This document shows, one piece after another, positions 34,248-48,256 of a stretch of DNA of 64,000 nucleotides. The stretch covers positions 106,146,001-106,210,000 of the forward strand of contig NC_086097.1 of NCBI RefSeq assembly GCF_963921235.1. Reading direction: 5' to 3'. This DNA is from Mobula hypostoma (Eukaryota). The notes under the pieces were generated by a model. The model was given only the letters and a program-made list of their open reading frames with translations, was not told the DNA's origin and did no database searches. The first letter of the stretch is position 1. Every line of letters starts with the position of its first letter. A program made the translations under genes and the position numbers.

Positions 34248-37200
34248 CAACACACACAAAACATGCTGGTGAATGAAGCAGACCAGGCAGCATCTCTAGG
34301 AAGAGGTACAGTCCACGTTTTGGGCCGAGACCCTTTGTCAGGACTAACTGAAAGAAGAGATAGTAAGAGATTTGAAAGTGGGAGGGGGAGGGGAGATCCA
34401 AAATGATAGGAGAAGACAGGAGGGGGAGGGATGGAGCTAAGAGCTGGAAAGTTGATTGCGCCCGCCATTGATCTCGCTGGCTCCAGCAACCCAGGGCATA
34501 TTCAAAACCCGGACTCCAGCACTATCAATGTGGGCTCCAATGACCATGGACACCTTCAAAGTGATTGCGCAACCTCCAACTGTGACTCTAGCCTTGAACT
34601 CCAGGCCAAGTCTTCACGTGCTGCTACTGTGACTCCCGTCTCCCCTTCCCCCACCACCACTCTGCAATCCCGTCTCCCTCAGATCCCACAGTCAACTCCT
34701 GGGCCCTCAGAGGCTCCATCTTCCTCTCACGCAACTCTCCCCTCCCCCCTCTGATCCTAACTTTCAAGACTCCAGCCTTGAACTCCAGGCTGGGTCTTCA
34801 CATGCTGCTGTTGTGACTCCTGACTCCCCTTCCCCCACCACCACTCTGCAATCCTGTCTCCCTCACATCCCACCATCTACTCCTGGGCCCTCTGCGGCTC
34901 CTTCTTCTTCTCACCCCAACCCTCCTCTCTCCACTGACACCACCAGCCTCCCCCCTCTGATCGCAGCTCTCATCCGTGCTGGGTCTTTACGATCCCCTCC
35001 AACCTTCAACTCTCTGAGGCAGAGCGCTCTGTCCTCAGTGAGGGCCTTACTCTCTCCCCCTTCACCCACACCTCAGCAAGTTCCGCGTTCGCCATGTCGC
35101 TGAACTCTTCTTCCACCGGCTGCGTCTTCAAGCCTACTTCTTCGGCAAGGACTCTTCCACCTCCACCGATGACCCCTTCTCCCGTCTTCAACCCTCCTCT
35201 TCTTCATGGACACCCACCTCTAGTCTTCTGCCTGCTCTGGATCTCTTTATTGCTAACTGTCAACGGGACATCAACCGTCTCAACTTCTCCACACCTTGTT
35301 CCCATTGCAACCTCACTCCTTCCGAACGCTCTGCTCTCCACTCCCTCCGCACAAATCCTAACACTATAAAACCCGCCAATAAGGGGGGGTGCTGTTGTTG
35401 TCTGGCGTACTGACCTGTACCTTGCCGAAGCACAATGACAACTCGCGGAAACCTCCTCTTATTTCCCCTCAATCATAACCCCACTAAGGAACACCAGGCC
35501 ATTGTCTCCCACACCATCACCACTTTTATCAGCTCAGGGGATCTCCCATTCACTGCTACCAACCTTATCGTTCCCACACCCCGCACTTCCCGTTTCTACC
35601 TCCTACCCAAGATCCACAAACCTGCCTGTCCAGATAGACCCGTTGTCTCAGCTTGCTCTGCCCCACCGAACTCATTTCTGCATACACTGTTTTATCCCCC
35701 CCTTGTTCAATCCCTTGTCTGTGACACTTCTCATGCTCTGAATTTTTTCAATGATTTTAAGTTACCTGGCCCCCACCGCTTTATTTTCACCATGGATGTC
35801 CAGTCCCTATATACCTCCATCCCCCACCAGGAAATGTCTCAAAGCTCCCCACTTCTTTTTGGATTCCAGACCTAACCAGTTCCCCTCTACTACCACTCTG
35901 CTCCGTCTGGCGGAGTTAGTCCTTACTCTTAATAATTTCTCCTTTGGCTCCTCCCACTTCATCCAAACTAAAGGTGTAGCCATGGGCACCCGTATGGGTC
36001 CCAGCTATGCGTGCCTTTTTGATGGTTTTGTGGAACAATCCATATTTCAAGCCTATACTGGGATCTGTCCCCCACTTTTCCTTCACTACATCGACAACTG
36101 CATTGGTGCTGCTTCCTGCACGCATGCTGAGCTCGTTGACTTCATTAACTTTGCCTCCAACTTTCACCCTGCCCTCAAGTTTAGCTGGTCCATTTCCAAC
36201 ACCTCCCTCCCCTTTCTTCATCTTTCTGTCTCTATCTCTGGAGACAGCTTATCTACTGATGTCTACTATAAGCCTACAGACTCTCACAGCTACCTGGGCT
36301 ATTCCTCTTCCCACCCTGTCTCTTGCAAAAATGCCACCCCCTTCTCGCAATTCCTCTGTCTCCGCCGCATCTGCTCGCAGGGTGAGGCTTTTCATTCCAG
36401 GACAGAGGAGATGTCTTCTTTTTTTGAAGAAAGGGGCCTCCCTTCCTCCACCATCAACTCTGTTCTCAAACGCATCTCTCCCATTTCACGCACATCTGCT
36501 CTCACCCCATTCTCCCGCCACCCCACTAGGAATAGGGTTCCCCTTGTCCTCACCTACCACCCCACCAGCCTCCGGGTCCAACATATAATTCTCCGTAACT
36601 TCTGCCACCTCCAACGGGATCCCACCACTAGGCACATCTTTCCCTCTCCCCCACCCCCGCCCCCCGCTTTCTGCAGGGATCACTCCCTACGCAACTCCCT
36701 TGTTCATTCGTCCCCCCTCATTCCTTTCCACCGATCTCCCTCCCGGCACTTATCCTTGTAAGCAGAACAAGTGCTACACATGCCCTTACACTTCCTCCCT
36801 CACCACCATTCAGAGCCCCAGACAGTCCTTCCAGGTGAGGCTACACTTCACCTGTGAGTCGGCTGGGGTGATATACTGCGTCCGGTGCTCCCGATGTGGC
36901 CTTCTATACATTGGCGAGACCCAACGCAGACTGGGAGACTGTTTCGCTGAACACCTACGCTCTGTCCGCCAGAGAAAGCAGGATCTCCCAGTGGCCACAC
37001 ATTTTAATTCCACGTCCCATTCCCATTCTGATATGTCTATCCACGGCCTCCTCTACTGCCAAGATGAAGCCACACTCAGGTTGGAGGAACAACACCTTAT
37101 AATCCGTCTGGGTAGCCTCCAATCTGATGGCATGAACATTGACTTCTCTAACTTCTGTTAATGCCCCCACCTCCCCTTCGTACCCCATCCGTTATTTATT

Positions 37201-37601
37201 TATTTATTATGATTATATATTTAAAAAATTTCTCTCTCTTTTTTCTCCTTCTGTCGCTCTCACTATACTCCTTGCCCATCCTCTGGGCTTCCCTTCCCCT
37301 TTCTTTCTCCCTAGGCCTCCCGTCCCATGATCTTCTCCCTTCTCCAGCCTCATATCCCTTTTGCCAATCAACTTTCCAGCTCTTAGCTCCATCCCTTCCC
37401 TTCCTGTATTCTCTTATCATTTCAGATCTCCCCCACCCCCTCCCACTTTCAAATCTCTTACTATCTCTTCTTTCAGTTAGTCCTGACGAAGGGTCTCGAC
37501 CCGAAACGTCGACTGTAACTCTTCCTATAGATGCTGCCTGGCCTGCTGCGTTCACCAGCATTTTTTGTGTGTGTAATTTCCAGCATCTGCAGATTTCCTC
37601 G
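34248..37601 (+). mobile_element. Long Neptune-type PLE with inverted 5' arm (34248-34457)
   Basis: TSD AGTAGGTGAG (34238-34247 and 37602-37611); RT (LPKIHK, MDVQSLYTSIP, YIDN), Cys-rich linker CKQNKCYTC and GIY-YIG; frameshifted. Confidence 0.92.
37478..37515 (+). ncRNA. Minimal hammerhead ribozyme motif (best-paired copy)
   Basis: TAGTC-CTGACGA-A-GGGT-CTCG-ACCC-GAAAC-GTC-GACTG; predicted cut after C37510. Confidence 0.78.
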
Positions 37602-37899
37602 AGTAGGTGAGACTGACTGGCTTGTCACCATAACTTCATTCAATAGCCTATGACACCAAGGATTTGAAAAAACTGAAGTGAGTGGACACAAGAATAAAAG
37701 CTTACTAGTGCCCAGATTCAAATCTACCACACAGCAAATGGCTATGGTTGTGTGAAGTCGATAACTATCGACTTAAGATCGGCTGCAGGAGTTGCTCAGG
37801 TGAGCAACCAAGAACTATTTTCAATCCTTCAGCAATGACCAACCCTCAACCCCAAAGCTGAAAGTGGTTCCACCGACTGAAATTTGTCGTGTTAAACCA

Positions 37900-38190
37900 T
37901 TTGCAACCTGTGCTGGTGACCATCGATTGGGGTTTAATTCCCACTGCGGCCGCAAGGATTTCGTACCTTCTTGCCATGACTATGTAGATTTCTCCAGGTG
38001 CTCTGGTTTCCTCCCAGATCCCAAAGATGGATGGTTAGGGTTAGTGACCTGTGGGCATCCTATGTTGCCACCTGAAGCATGATGAGGATCGTGCCCAGCA
38101 CAATCCTGGCTGATTTGATTTGACGCAAATAATGCATTTCTTTGTACGTTTCGATTGTACAATGTACAACTGAAGCTAATCTTTCTCTTC
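37900..38190 (+). mobile_element. V-SINE-like element
   Basis: 'gggtttaattccc' B-box, 'ggtgctctggtttcctccca' domain and 'aagctaatcttt' tail. Confidence 0.65.
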
Positions 38191-39989
38191 TTTCTTTCTA
38201 GTGAGAATGGTCCGTGCCTGCATTTCACAATATCTCAGCAAAAGGTAGGCTTGAATCAATGAGTCACAAAAGAGACTCATGGGGATGTCAAGCAATGACG
38301 AACTTCGACAGAAAAAACAATTTCTTTTTGCTATTTGATTGCATAAGAATTACCTACTATCCTACTGTCCAATCACATCAACACAGAAAATGCTGGAAAA
38401 TCTAAGGAAGACAAAAAACTTATTATTTCAGATTGAAGATTCTGCATTAGAATGATGAGTTTTTCAGCACCTTCTGTTTTACTTAAGATTTCTAGCACCT
38501 GCAGAGTTTTTTTGATTTCCAGGCATATGGATTATAATGTTGAAGAAGGTTCACAGGTTTGGTGGGTGAGACAGAAAAAAATGACTGTGAATGAGTATTT
38601 TAATAATTTATTTACAAACTGTAAAAAATCAACCAACCATTTAAGTTTCCCCAAACTACAGAACTAAATATTCAACCAAGATAGTTAAAAGTGCACATGG
38701 AGCATACCTTCCCAACAGTTCCCAGGTCTTGAGAAAGAGAGAGAATCTTTTGCATGTACATGTACTCCCGAGGTGCTTGAATCTAGACATTTGGTACCAT
38801 GGCATGCAAGCCAACCAATGGGAACAGCAGCTACAGTTTTTAACAGTTCATGACAGAAGCAGGTTTGAACAAGCAGATAAGCCTCACAGGACATGTATAC
38901 AAGAAGCATGTGAGAGAACTGTAGGATACAGAGGGATTAGTAGGTTACTCTATCAGGAAGAGAGGGATAGGATTGGTTGGGTAGGAAACAGCCGAAACAA
39001 AGAATGCTGAAAAAAATGATAGGAATCCACCTGGTCAGAAAAACTATTTCTCACAGCAATGAGGTGAATATCAAGGGGGTAGAGGTTTATTGTAATTAAT
39101 ACAAAGTTTAAAAAGTAGCTGAGGAAGAAATTTTTTGCTACAGATCTGGAAGTCACTGTCTGCATTGTTGGTAGAAGCAGGATCAAGTACGTGGATGAGT
39201 ACTTACATTCAATAGACCAAGAGCTAGGAAAAGAAATGAGCTAAATAACTCTTATTTGCTGATGTGGATACAATGGACCAAATAGCCATCTCCGTGGATG
39301 TATGTCTCTGTGTTATCCAGATCAACCATCCAGGCACATAATTTTCCTCTTCTGCTTTAGTTTAGTTAGATGCAATAGTGACTGAAAGCAAACACCACCA
39401 GGCTCAGGGACAGCTTCTGTCCCACTGAACTCAGACTCTTGAATGGATTCTTGTATGATAAGAAGGACCTCTTGACCTTGCAATTTACCTCGTAATGCAC
39501 TTCGTTTACCTGCAGTGCACTTTCTCTGTAACTTTTACACTTTTATTCTGAATAGTTATTATTTTACCTAGTACTATCTCATTGCATTGAGTAATGATCT
39601 GATCTGTATTTACAGTATGCAGGACAGTTTTTCTTTCATACTGTTCATACAGATCAATTACACAGCATCTTGGTACATGTGACAATAATTTACTAGTATC
39701 AATACCAATATCAAGAGTGCAACTAATTTCCAGTTCAAATGTAGACACCAAGAGTGCCCTGGTTGTGCCTATGCTGAACAAATTTCTATCGTTTTATAAT
39801 AATAATTAGCATTTACTTTTTTACTGGTAAGGGAAATGTTTCCAATACAAAGGAGATTTAGTTTGTAATAAAAAGCATTTCACAATGTGACACAAGACAC
39901 AAACCTGTCATTGTAGATTTTTTCTTCTCTGAAGGATGCAATAAAATCTGGGAATGTTCCTAAATCTGGGAAAAGAAGTGACTCTTACA

Positions 39990-40356
39990 GATGTACAGTT
40001 AGGGTTAGTGAGTTGTAGGCATGTTACGTTGGTGACAGAGGCTTAGTGACACTTGCGGGCTGCCCCCAGCACATCCCTGATACAGTGTGGAGTAGGCCCT
40101 TCTGACCCTTTAACCTACCCATTAACCTACCAACCGATATATCTTTGGACTGTGGGAGGAAACTGGAGCACTCACAGTAAACTGGAGCACCCGCAGGAAA
40201 CCCACATGATCTCGGGGAGAATGTACACACTCCTTACAGGAAGCAGAGGGAATTGAACCCAGGTCGCTGGGACTGTAAAGTGTTGTGCTAACCACTATGC
40301 TACCGTGCCACCCCATGTTTTGATGTTTTGGTGTACATGTGACTAATTAAGCTAAT
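39990..40356. mobile_element. SINE (minus, about 40080-40315) nested in a SINE 3' part (plus)
   Basis: Plus-strand SINE body is interrupted by a minus copy that starts with 'ggggtggcacggtagcatagtgg'. Confidence 0.6.
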
Positions 40357-43119
40357 GTAAAATTGTAATCTTGCACAATTTGAAACTAAATAAAACTCAA
40401 GTCCTGTTCCAGGTAGTATGTTTCACTTTCTTTAATATTCAGGTTTTTCCCTTCTTTCCCATGATTTCAAATTTTTACCTCACTGTTGGAGTACTGGTCA
40501 AATATTTTTCATTATCTGCAAAAATAATTTGAAAACTGATTGAAGATAATGAAGCAGTGGGAGATCTAATCTGTATCCTGTGTTTGATGTTGTGACTCGC
40601 TCAGAGATCTTCTCCATTTCAAGCAAAATGTTTCCTGAAATAGCTTATCATATAGATAGCTCAAGGCAGCAAGGAATTCTTATTAGGGCCCACTCACAAC
40701 TGTCAATGTTTGGCCGTTGAAATTAAAGTTAGCCTCAAACTTCCTTGAGTTTGAAGCCAAATCCATCAGGTTTTTCTACTGCCAAGATTCATTTCCAGTA
40801 ATGGAACCCAGTTCAGCACAGCTTCTCCAGATCCAGTGTAGATTTCAATGGTCGATCACACACTTAGCAATAATTAGGTCAGGCTTTTAAATTAGGCTGC
40901 TTTAATGTTTTTAATTTTAAGTGAATTTTATGTGCTTTTGTGAACTATATTTTATATCCTTTAAATTACATTTATTTGCTTTAATTCTAATAGTTGTTAA
41001 ATGTCTCTGAATGATAAGGATATTTAAAATTTTTTAAAATCTAATTAGAAGCTTTAGAATTGATAAAACCCATCCTCCAGATACCAAATGCACTTCAGAG
41101 GCAGGTTTCTACATTCTGTTGCCTGAGATCCAGTCACAGTTTGACTCAAAGCTACAGAGGCCAACAAGGCAAGGCTCAGTCAGGTTAGCTGAAATTAGTA
41201 TTGGCCGAGAGCATGGAAGCACTATCTAGCAATGCAATATTTGAATCACGTAGCTGTTAACAACCTCAGAGTTAGTCTGCAAATTCAATAGCAATTGTTT
41301 TTCTCAGGGATTCAGCTTTCTCCTCCAAGTTTTGCAGAAGTGCAATGTAAGTACCAACCTCCCTGCCACTAGATGGAACTAAATATACATCAGAACACAA
41401 CCTATCAGCTCCACAACAATCCTGCTCTGTGTAAGATAATTTTTTTTAAGTTATCCCCACATCTTAACCGGTTGTGAATGTGAGGTTAATGTATTTAGAA
41501 GTGGCATAACCAAATCAAGAAGTAAATATTAAAGGGTTCACTCCGAGCTTTTCAGAGCAAACGCTCAGCTGGTCTTTGCCAGGTGTGCACTTGTGGAGCA
41601 GGCTCGTACAGCCAAAAGGCCTAATTCTGCTCCTACATCCTATGTCTTATTCTCTATGGAATATGTTGATGTATCATCTGTTTGAAATGCTCTCTGAATA
41701 TGCCAGATTTAGACTGGTACAGAAGGGAAAAAAATATTTCTTGGGAAAATTAGTTGTTCTGGTCAGAGTATTAAAACAGTTACAAAAGTACATTCTCGTC
41801 CTAATATTTTTCTTCTTGTCAGGCAGCACTTTGGAGTCAAGACCAATTTGTCTCCACTCCAGTCCTGTGGGTGATGAGATCGAGATGGAGCCACAGACTG
41901 ACATAAGTGAGGCAGGAGGTGTTTTACAGAGGAGGAAGGAGTACATGTTGTTTGAGAGCTGGTCTGCTCCTTCTGCCATTTTTACTTGATTTTCTCAAAA
42001 TCCTTTTGAAGGGACTTGAGATGTTTGACTTCAATGTGGTCCTTCTCAGTTTCAAATACTTACAGCTCAGTATTGCAGTTTTTTTTTGGACACTTTAAGA
42101 AATCCTCAAAACAGTTTCATTGTGTTTGGTTGAGACGGAGGTGTGGGCTAAGTACGTGATTATGAATTGGTCTTTGGTAAGTGGGTAATATGGTCTGCTC
42201 TTTGATACTATCTGAGCGCAATTATAGCCTTGATGCAGGGGATGTTGGCTTGGACTGGTGACAATACTGACAATAGACTTGCAGGATTCTGTGACAACAG
42301 CATTTGGGAGATCTTTGATGTGCCTGGTGTAAATAGTGTATGTCCTGAAATTATACTTGGATTAGAAGCTTCATTACTGCTCCAGATGGAAAAAGAAGAT
42401 CTGCAGACAATTGAAGGCCAAAATCCAACAAGATACACTTGATCTGAAGAACCAATGGTGGTGGAAAGAATACAGTAGGTCTACCAGCAAGGTGATAACC
42501 ATTCCATGCAGTGGTTCTTCAGCACTGTCAAGACAATCAAAGGCACAATTTTCTAAGAACCCAATTTATGCTGAGAGCCAAAAGCAAAGATCATATCAGT
42601 ACAGAGAAGCACTCAGTGCTGGCTGAAAGAACCTCTTCAAATACAGTAATTCCTCAAATGAGACGTTGCTCTCGACACAAATGTCCTTGACTTCATCTCA
42701 CAGCACACTATCCAGTCCAGTCTCATTACCACCCCTGTTCAATAGGCTGAAAAGACCATATACCAGCTGAAAAACAACATGGCCTCTGGAACAGATGGCA
42801 TTTCTGTTTAAGTCCTAAAACTTGGCAGAAAGGGTCATCTGACCCACAGTCACAACCTTATCTCCTTTATCTGTGGAGAGCAGAGCATGCCAGTTGACCT
42901 CAGAAATGCTGTCGTTGTGAAATTCTTCATAAACAACATGGCACAGTTCAGGGCCTTCAAACCAAGGCGGCACCGGAAAGTGGTGACTCCAAATTCGGTT
43001 TGGAAGGAATCATTGAATATTCCCAAATAGACCTACTACAGCTGAAATTCACAGTCACAGCCATGCAGACTTCAGTAAGCAAACTCATTTTTTTTTTAAA
43101 ATCTATCGATCCTCAAAAT

Positions 43120-44695
43120 CAGCAGACTGTAGACTGCAGCGGAGGGAATGAGGAAAGCATGCAGGTCTGCAAGTAAGCTTGAAATGCAGAACCCCTAGCC
43201 CCCAACTTCCTACTATCCTGCCAGTGAATGTACAGTCTCTGGAAGATAAAATTGAAGACCCCAGAGCAAGATTGAAGTATCAACGGGACATCAGGGTCTG
43301 CTGTGTACTTTTCTTCATGGAAAAATGGCTCACCCTCACCATTGCCATTTGAAGGTTTCAACATCCGCTGCAAAGACAGAACAGCTGAGTCTTTTAAGAC
43401 AGGGGAGGGGAAGAGTGTTTCATGATAGACTCATTGTGGCAGCTGTGCCTCAGTCCTGATCACATGACCTGGAAGTTCCAGTGGTTAAGGGTTGTCCATT
43501 TCATCTCCCGAGGGAGTTTTCTGCTGTCATCCTGGTAGTGGTGTATATTCTACCCGAAGCTAACGTCAGTCAGACAGACGCTGAAGGAGTTGAACACCAT
43601 GATCAGCAGTCAGGAAACAGTGCACCCTGATGCCTTCCCTATCATTGCAGGGAATTTCAACCAGGCCTGCTTGAGGAAGTCTCTGATCAACTACCTCCAA
43701 CATATCACCTATGGAACCAAAGGAGCCAACATACTTTCAACCCCACTGTCATACCACCATCAAGAATGCTTACTGTGCCATCCCATGCCCGCACTTCGGA
43801 AAGTCTGATCACCTGGCTGTACTACTTCTGGTGTACAGGCAGAGACTGAGGACTGCAGTACCAGTGGTGAGGACTACAAAGGTATGGTCGAAGGAGGTGG
43901 AAGAGCACTTACTATTTTGAATCGGTAGACTGGACAATATTCAGGGATTCATCTTCACATCTAACTGAATACTTTACATTTGTCACCGACCATCAAAGCC
44001 TGTGTGGATGAGTGAGTGCCTTCGAGGACATACTGGACATACCCAAACCAAAAGCAGTGGATGAACGAGGAGATTCACAGTCTACTGAGGGCTAGGTCTG
44101 TGGCATTCAAGACTGGTGATCTCAAACTATACACAGAAGCCAGATACAACCTATGGAAGGCTCTTTTAAGAGTGAAAAAAACAATTTTAATTGAAGTTAA
44201 AGATGGAATTGGATGCACATCAACTCTGGTAGAGTTTGCAGACTTCCTACAATGTGAAACCTAACATCATGAATATCTGCAATGCTTCACTCCCAGATGA
44301 GCTCAATACCGTTTATACATATTTTGAAAGGGAGAATAAAACTATCCCTGCAGCATCTTGTAACCCTGTGATTTCTGCCTTGGAGGCTGACGTCAAAACG
44401 TCTTTCAAGAGGGTGAACCCTCTCAAGGCGTCAGGTCCCGATGCTGTACCTGGTAGGGCACTGAAAACCTGTGCCAAGTAACTGGCAGGAGTGTTCATGG
44501 ACATCGTCAATCTCTCACTACTGCAGCCAAGGTTCCAAGGTTCCCACCTGCATCAAAAGGGCAACAATCATACCAATGCTCAAGGAGAGCAGAGTGAGCT
44601 CTACAGGGATGCCATAGGTCTACAGTGGATGCAATCTCAATAGCTCTCCATTCAGCCTTGGATCACCTGGTCAATAGTATTAGCTACATCCGTGC
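43120..44695 (+). mobile_element. Rex1/Babar LINE fragment (APE and start of RT)
   Basis: IIAGNFNQACL, PHFGKSDHLAVLL, YPNQKQWMN, KASGPDAVPGRALKTCA; homologous to 8300-9700. Confidence 0.85.
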
Positions 44696-44699
44696 TGCC

Positions 44700-45750
44700 A
44701 AGTTTCCATTGATCCCATGCCTGAATGAACTTTCCATGGGAAAGTTTGTAAAATGCCTTGCTAAATCCACATCGACCTCTCTACCTTCATCAAATTGATT
44801 TTGTCACCTCCTCACAAGAAACACAATCGGGCTCGAGAGGCATGATTTGCCCCTCATAAGGCTATACTGACTATCCCCAAAAGAACTATGCTTCTTCAAA
44901 TGCTTGTAAATACTCTCCCTGAGAATCCTCTCCACTAGTTTTCCCATCACTGACATAAGACTCACTGATCTATAATTCCAGGGATTATCCATATTATCTT
45001 CCTTGAACAATGGAAAAATATTTACTCTCCTCCATTCCTCTGGTATTACTTCTGTGGCTTGGGAGGACACAAAGATTATTGTCAACCCCCCCCCCCCGCC
45101 AAAACAATCTCTTTACTCGCTTCCCATCTGGGGTATATCCCATCTCAGTGTATCCTAATTTTTTTCAGAACACTGCCTCTTTCTGAACCTCGACATGCAA
45201 CCTCGGTAGCCTGATCTAAACTAATCTCAAATTCGTAAAAATACCCCTTGCCCTGGTGAATACTGAAGCAAAGTATTCACTAAGGTCCTCCCTACCTTGT
45301 CTGCCTCCAGGATCATGTTTTCCACTTTATCCCTGAGCAGTTCCATCTTGCTCTAGTCACCCTTCTGTTCTTTGTATAAATGTAAAACACTTTGGTGTTT
45401 TCCTTAACCCTACTTGCCAAGGACTTCTCATGTCTCCTTCTAGCTCTGGCTACCCTATAACTCTCAAGAGCCCTGTCTGATTTTTGCTTCTTAAACCTTA
45501 AGAATGTTTCCTTCATCCTCTTGTCTAAATGTTCCGCCTCTCGTATCAACCATGGTTCCTTCACCCTACCATTCTTTCCCGATCCAAATCTATCTAAAAC
45601 TCCATGCACATGGACCCTAAACAACTTCCACTTTTCTGCTGAGAATGTCTGTTACTAATTTGTGTTCCCAAGTTCCTGCTTAAATCCATTGTAATTAACC
45701 CTCCCTTAAATCATACTTTCCCTTATTGTTTGCTCCAGTCCTTGTCCGTG
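44700..45750 (-). mobile_element. Degraded CR1 fragment
   Basis: PEEWRRVNIFPLFK, NYRSVSLMSVMGK, GKSCL. Confidence 0.75.
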
Positions 45751-46214
45751 GTCAGGGAGTTAAAGACAGATAAATTCGATTGGTGGTAACTATATCTGTG
45801 ACTTTGTCTGAGGGTAAGTCAAAGTCAACACCAAGAATTTCCAGTGTGTGTTTGACCCTTGAGATGTTGTCTTTACTGAGAGAAATACAAGCAGCTGCAT
45901 CAACTGCGAGACCAATTGCGCAGAATCCCTCTTAAATTCATCCACATGTTGATACGCAAGCCATGATCCAAACTAATAGGTCTGCCATAGGGTTGAGCAA
46001 GGATTATGACTCCAATTCTTATCCCAAATTTCCTAACAGTGATATTCCACTTTCCCTCTAAAAAACTTCAGAACAGACTGTATCTAATCAACAGGGCAAA
46101 TGGGAAACTGTTCAACCTTGAACAGCTTTTCTCCAGCACTATTCAAGGTCAAACCAACCTCAGTCATTTCACTGAAGTACACAGACAGTTTCCACTGCAA
46201 CTGTAAGAGGTGTA

Positions 46215-46578
46215 ACACCTGTCCCAATACCTTCCCCTTCCTCTCCATCTAGTTCTTCCTGGTGAGGCAGAGGTTCATATGAAACTCTTCTACTCTTGAC
46301 CATTGCTTCTGTCCTATTGATGTGGCCTTTCTACATTGCTGAGACTAAGTGCAGACTAGGTAGCTGACTTGCTGACCACCTGTACTCCATCCGTCATGGT
46401 CACCGGGAACTCCTGGTTGCAAGCCATTTTAATTCCCTTCCCATTTCCAGACTAACATTCTGTTATTATCCTTTTCCAGTATCAGGATGATGCAAACATG
46501 AACTAGAAGAACAGCACCTCATATTCTGTCTGAGTAGTCTACAGCCTAATAGTATGAACGTTCTTCAACTTCAGGTAA
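46215..46578 (+). mobile_element. Old PLE GIY-YIG fragment
   Basis: Homologous to 36780-37150 ('ctacattgctgagac', 'gccattttaattcc', 'gaacagcacctcatattctgtct'). Confidence 0.7.
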
Positions 46579-47614
46579 CCCAATCTACCTCTGTCACACT
46601 CTCTCTCTTTCTGAGATCCTCCACACAAACCCTTCTTTCCTAGTGACCACAGCTCCAGACTGCCATCACTCAGTTTCTTTCCAGCATCTACTCCATCTGC
46701 CCACACTTCTCCTATCTGTTGCTAAATGGGTCCACAGACATTCGTTGACAGAAACTATCAAATGGCCACAGTCCCCAATTTAGAGTCCTCGACATGCGGA
46801 ATAATGACAGTGAAGCATTAATAATGTTTCAGACAACTTTAGGATTTCAGCCATGTCAATTTTAAAGTGGAATCCCAGAAGCTGCTGTCACATTTGTCTG
46901 CTTAGAAACAGGCTGACACTTGTCAGCAGCACGCGTTGAAGTCCTCTTGGATTCAACATGGAAGAGGAAATTAAATACTCCAAATGATCTCCAATTAAAA
47001 TTAATTACAAGAGTAACCAGGCTTTGAGAAGGTACAAGAACTTTCCTCACCCTCCAACTCCATTCTTTTAAGTTAAAAGTTAAGGCAAGAGCCTCAAGCT
47101 GGAAAGGGTTACAAGTTAAAACATTCTTTAGGCTAATAATTTTAAAATACTCTGAAGTTTTCTTACATTTTATATCTCTATTGGCTAGGTAACTTTATAT
47201 TTGTAAGTTATTTAAAGTTGTTTCAGAATGCTTGTAAATTTCTAAAATAACTAAGGTTTCTTAAAGGAATTAAAACAAATAACTTCCATTTTCTTGATCC
47301 CTAAAGTTTAGAAATGTCCTGAAGTGTCTTTTAACATTCACGATTTAGCTGTCAGCCTCTGTTACCGATCAGTAGATGAAGAAGATGAAGTAGATGAAGT
47401 CTCACATGATACTCCTTACAGCCCTTTCAGCATGGAGCAAATAATCTACTGGAGGAACTCAGAGGATTGAGGAGCATTTGTGGAAGAGAATGACCTGTTG
47501 ACATTTTGGATCAAAACTTTGCATCAGGCCTCACTGCTGACAACATTCTCACTGGTTTCTGGCAATTCCCACTGGGAGGTGCATCAATTCCTCTTATTTA
47601 TCAGGAATTCCTCT

Positions 47615-48256
47615 ATTCTGGCATTTATAGCGAGAGGATTCGAGTACAGGAGCAGGGAGGTACTACTGCAGTTGTACAAGGCCTTGGTGAGACCACACCT
47701 GGAGTATTGTGTGCAGTTTTGGTCCCCTAATCTGAGGAAAGACATCCTTGCCATAGAGGGAGTACAAAGAAGGTTCACCAGATTGATTCCTGGGATGGCA
47801 GGACTTTCATATGAAGAAAGACTGGATGAACTGGGCTTGTACTCGTTGGAATTTAGAAGATTGAGGGGGGATCTGATTGAAACGTATAAAATCCTAAAGG
47901 GATTGGACAGGCTAGATGCAGGAAGATTGTTCCCGATGTTGGGGAAGTCCAGAACGAGGGGTCACAGTTTGAGGATAAAGGGGAAGCCTTTTAGGACTGA
48001 GATTAGGAAAAACTTCTTCACACAGAGAGTGGTGAATCTGTGGAATTCTCTGCCACAGGAAACAGTTGAGGCCAGTTCATTGGCTATATTTAAGAGGGAG
48101 TTAGATATGGCCCTTGTGGCTACGGGGATCAGGGGGTATGGAGGGAAGGCTGGTGCAGGGTTCTGAGTTGGATGAGCAGCCATGATCATAATAAATGGCG
48201 GTGCAGGCTTGAAGGGCCGAATGGCCTACTTCTGCACCTATTTTCTATGTTTCTAT
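47615..48256 (+). mobile_element. Young 5'-truncated CR1 3' end
   Basis: Open frame LYKALVRPHLEYCVQFWSP..RGHSLRIKG; 3' UTR 'gggccgaatggcctact' and (TTTCTATG)n tail. Confidence 0.92.

Larger units (their letters stand above)
41880..46190 (+). mobile_element. Old, fragmented RTE-like LINE interrupted by Rex1 and CR1 insertions
   Basis: RT-like remnants at about 42740-42930 (QLKNNMASGTDGI) and about 46090-46130 (RANGKLFNL); boundaries uncertain. Confidence 0.4.

Noticed and set aside
34309..34346. Functional hammerhead in the inverted arm
   Set aside because: The core is mutated (CTGACAA, AAAAC, GTG triplet).
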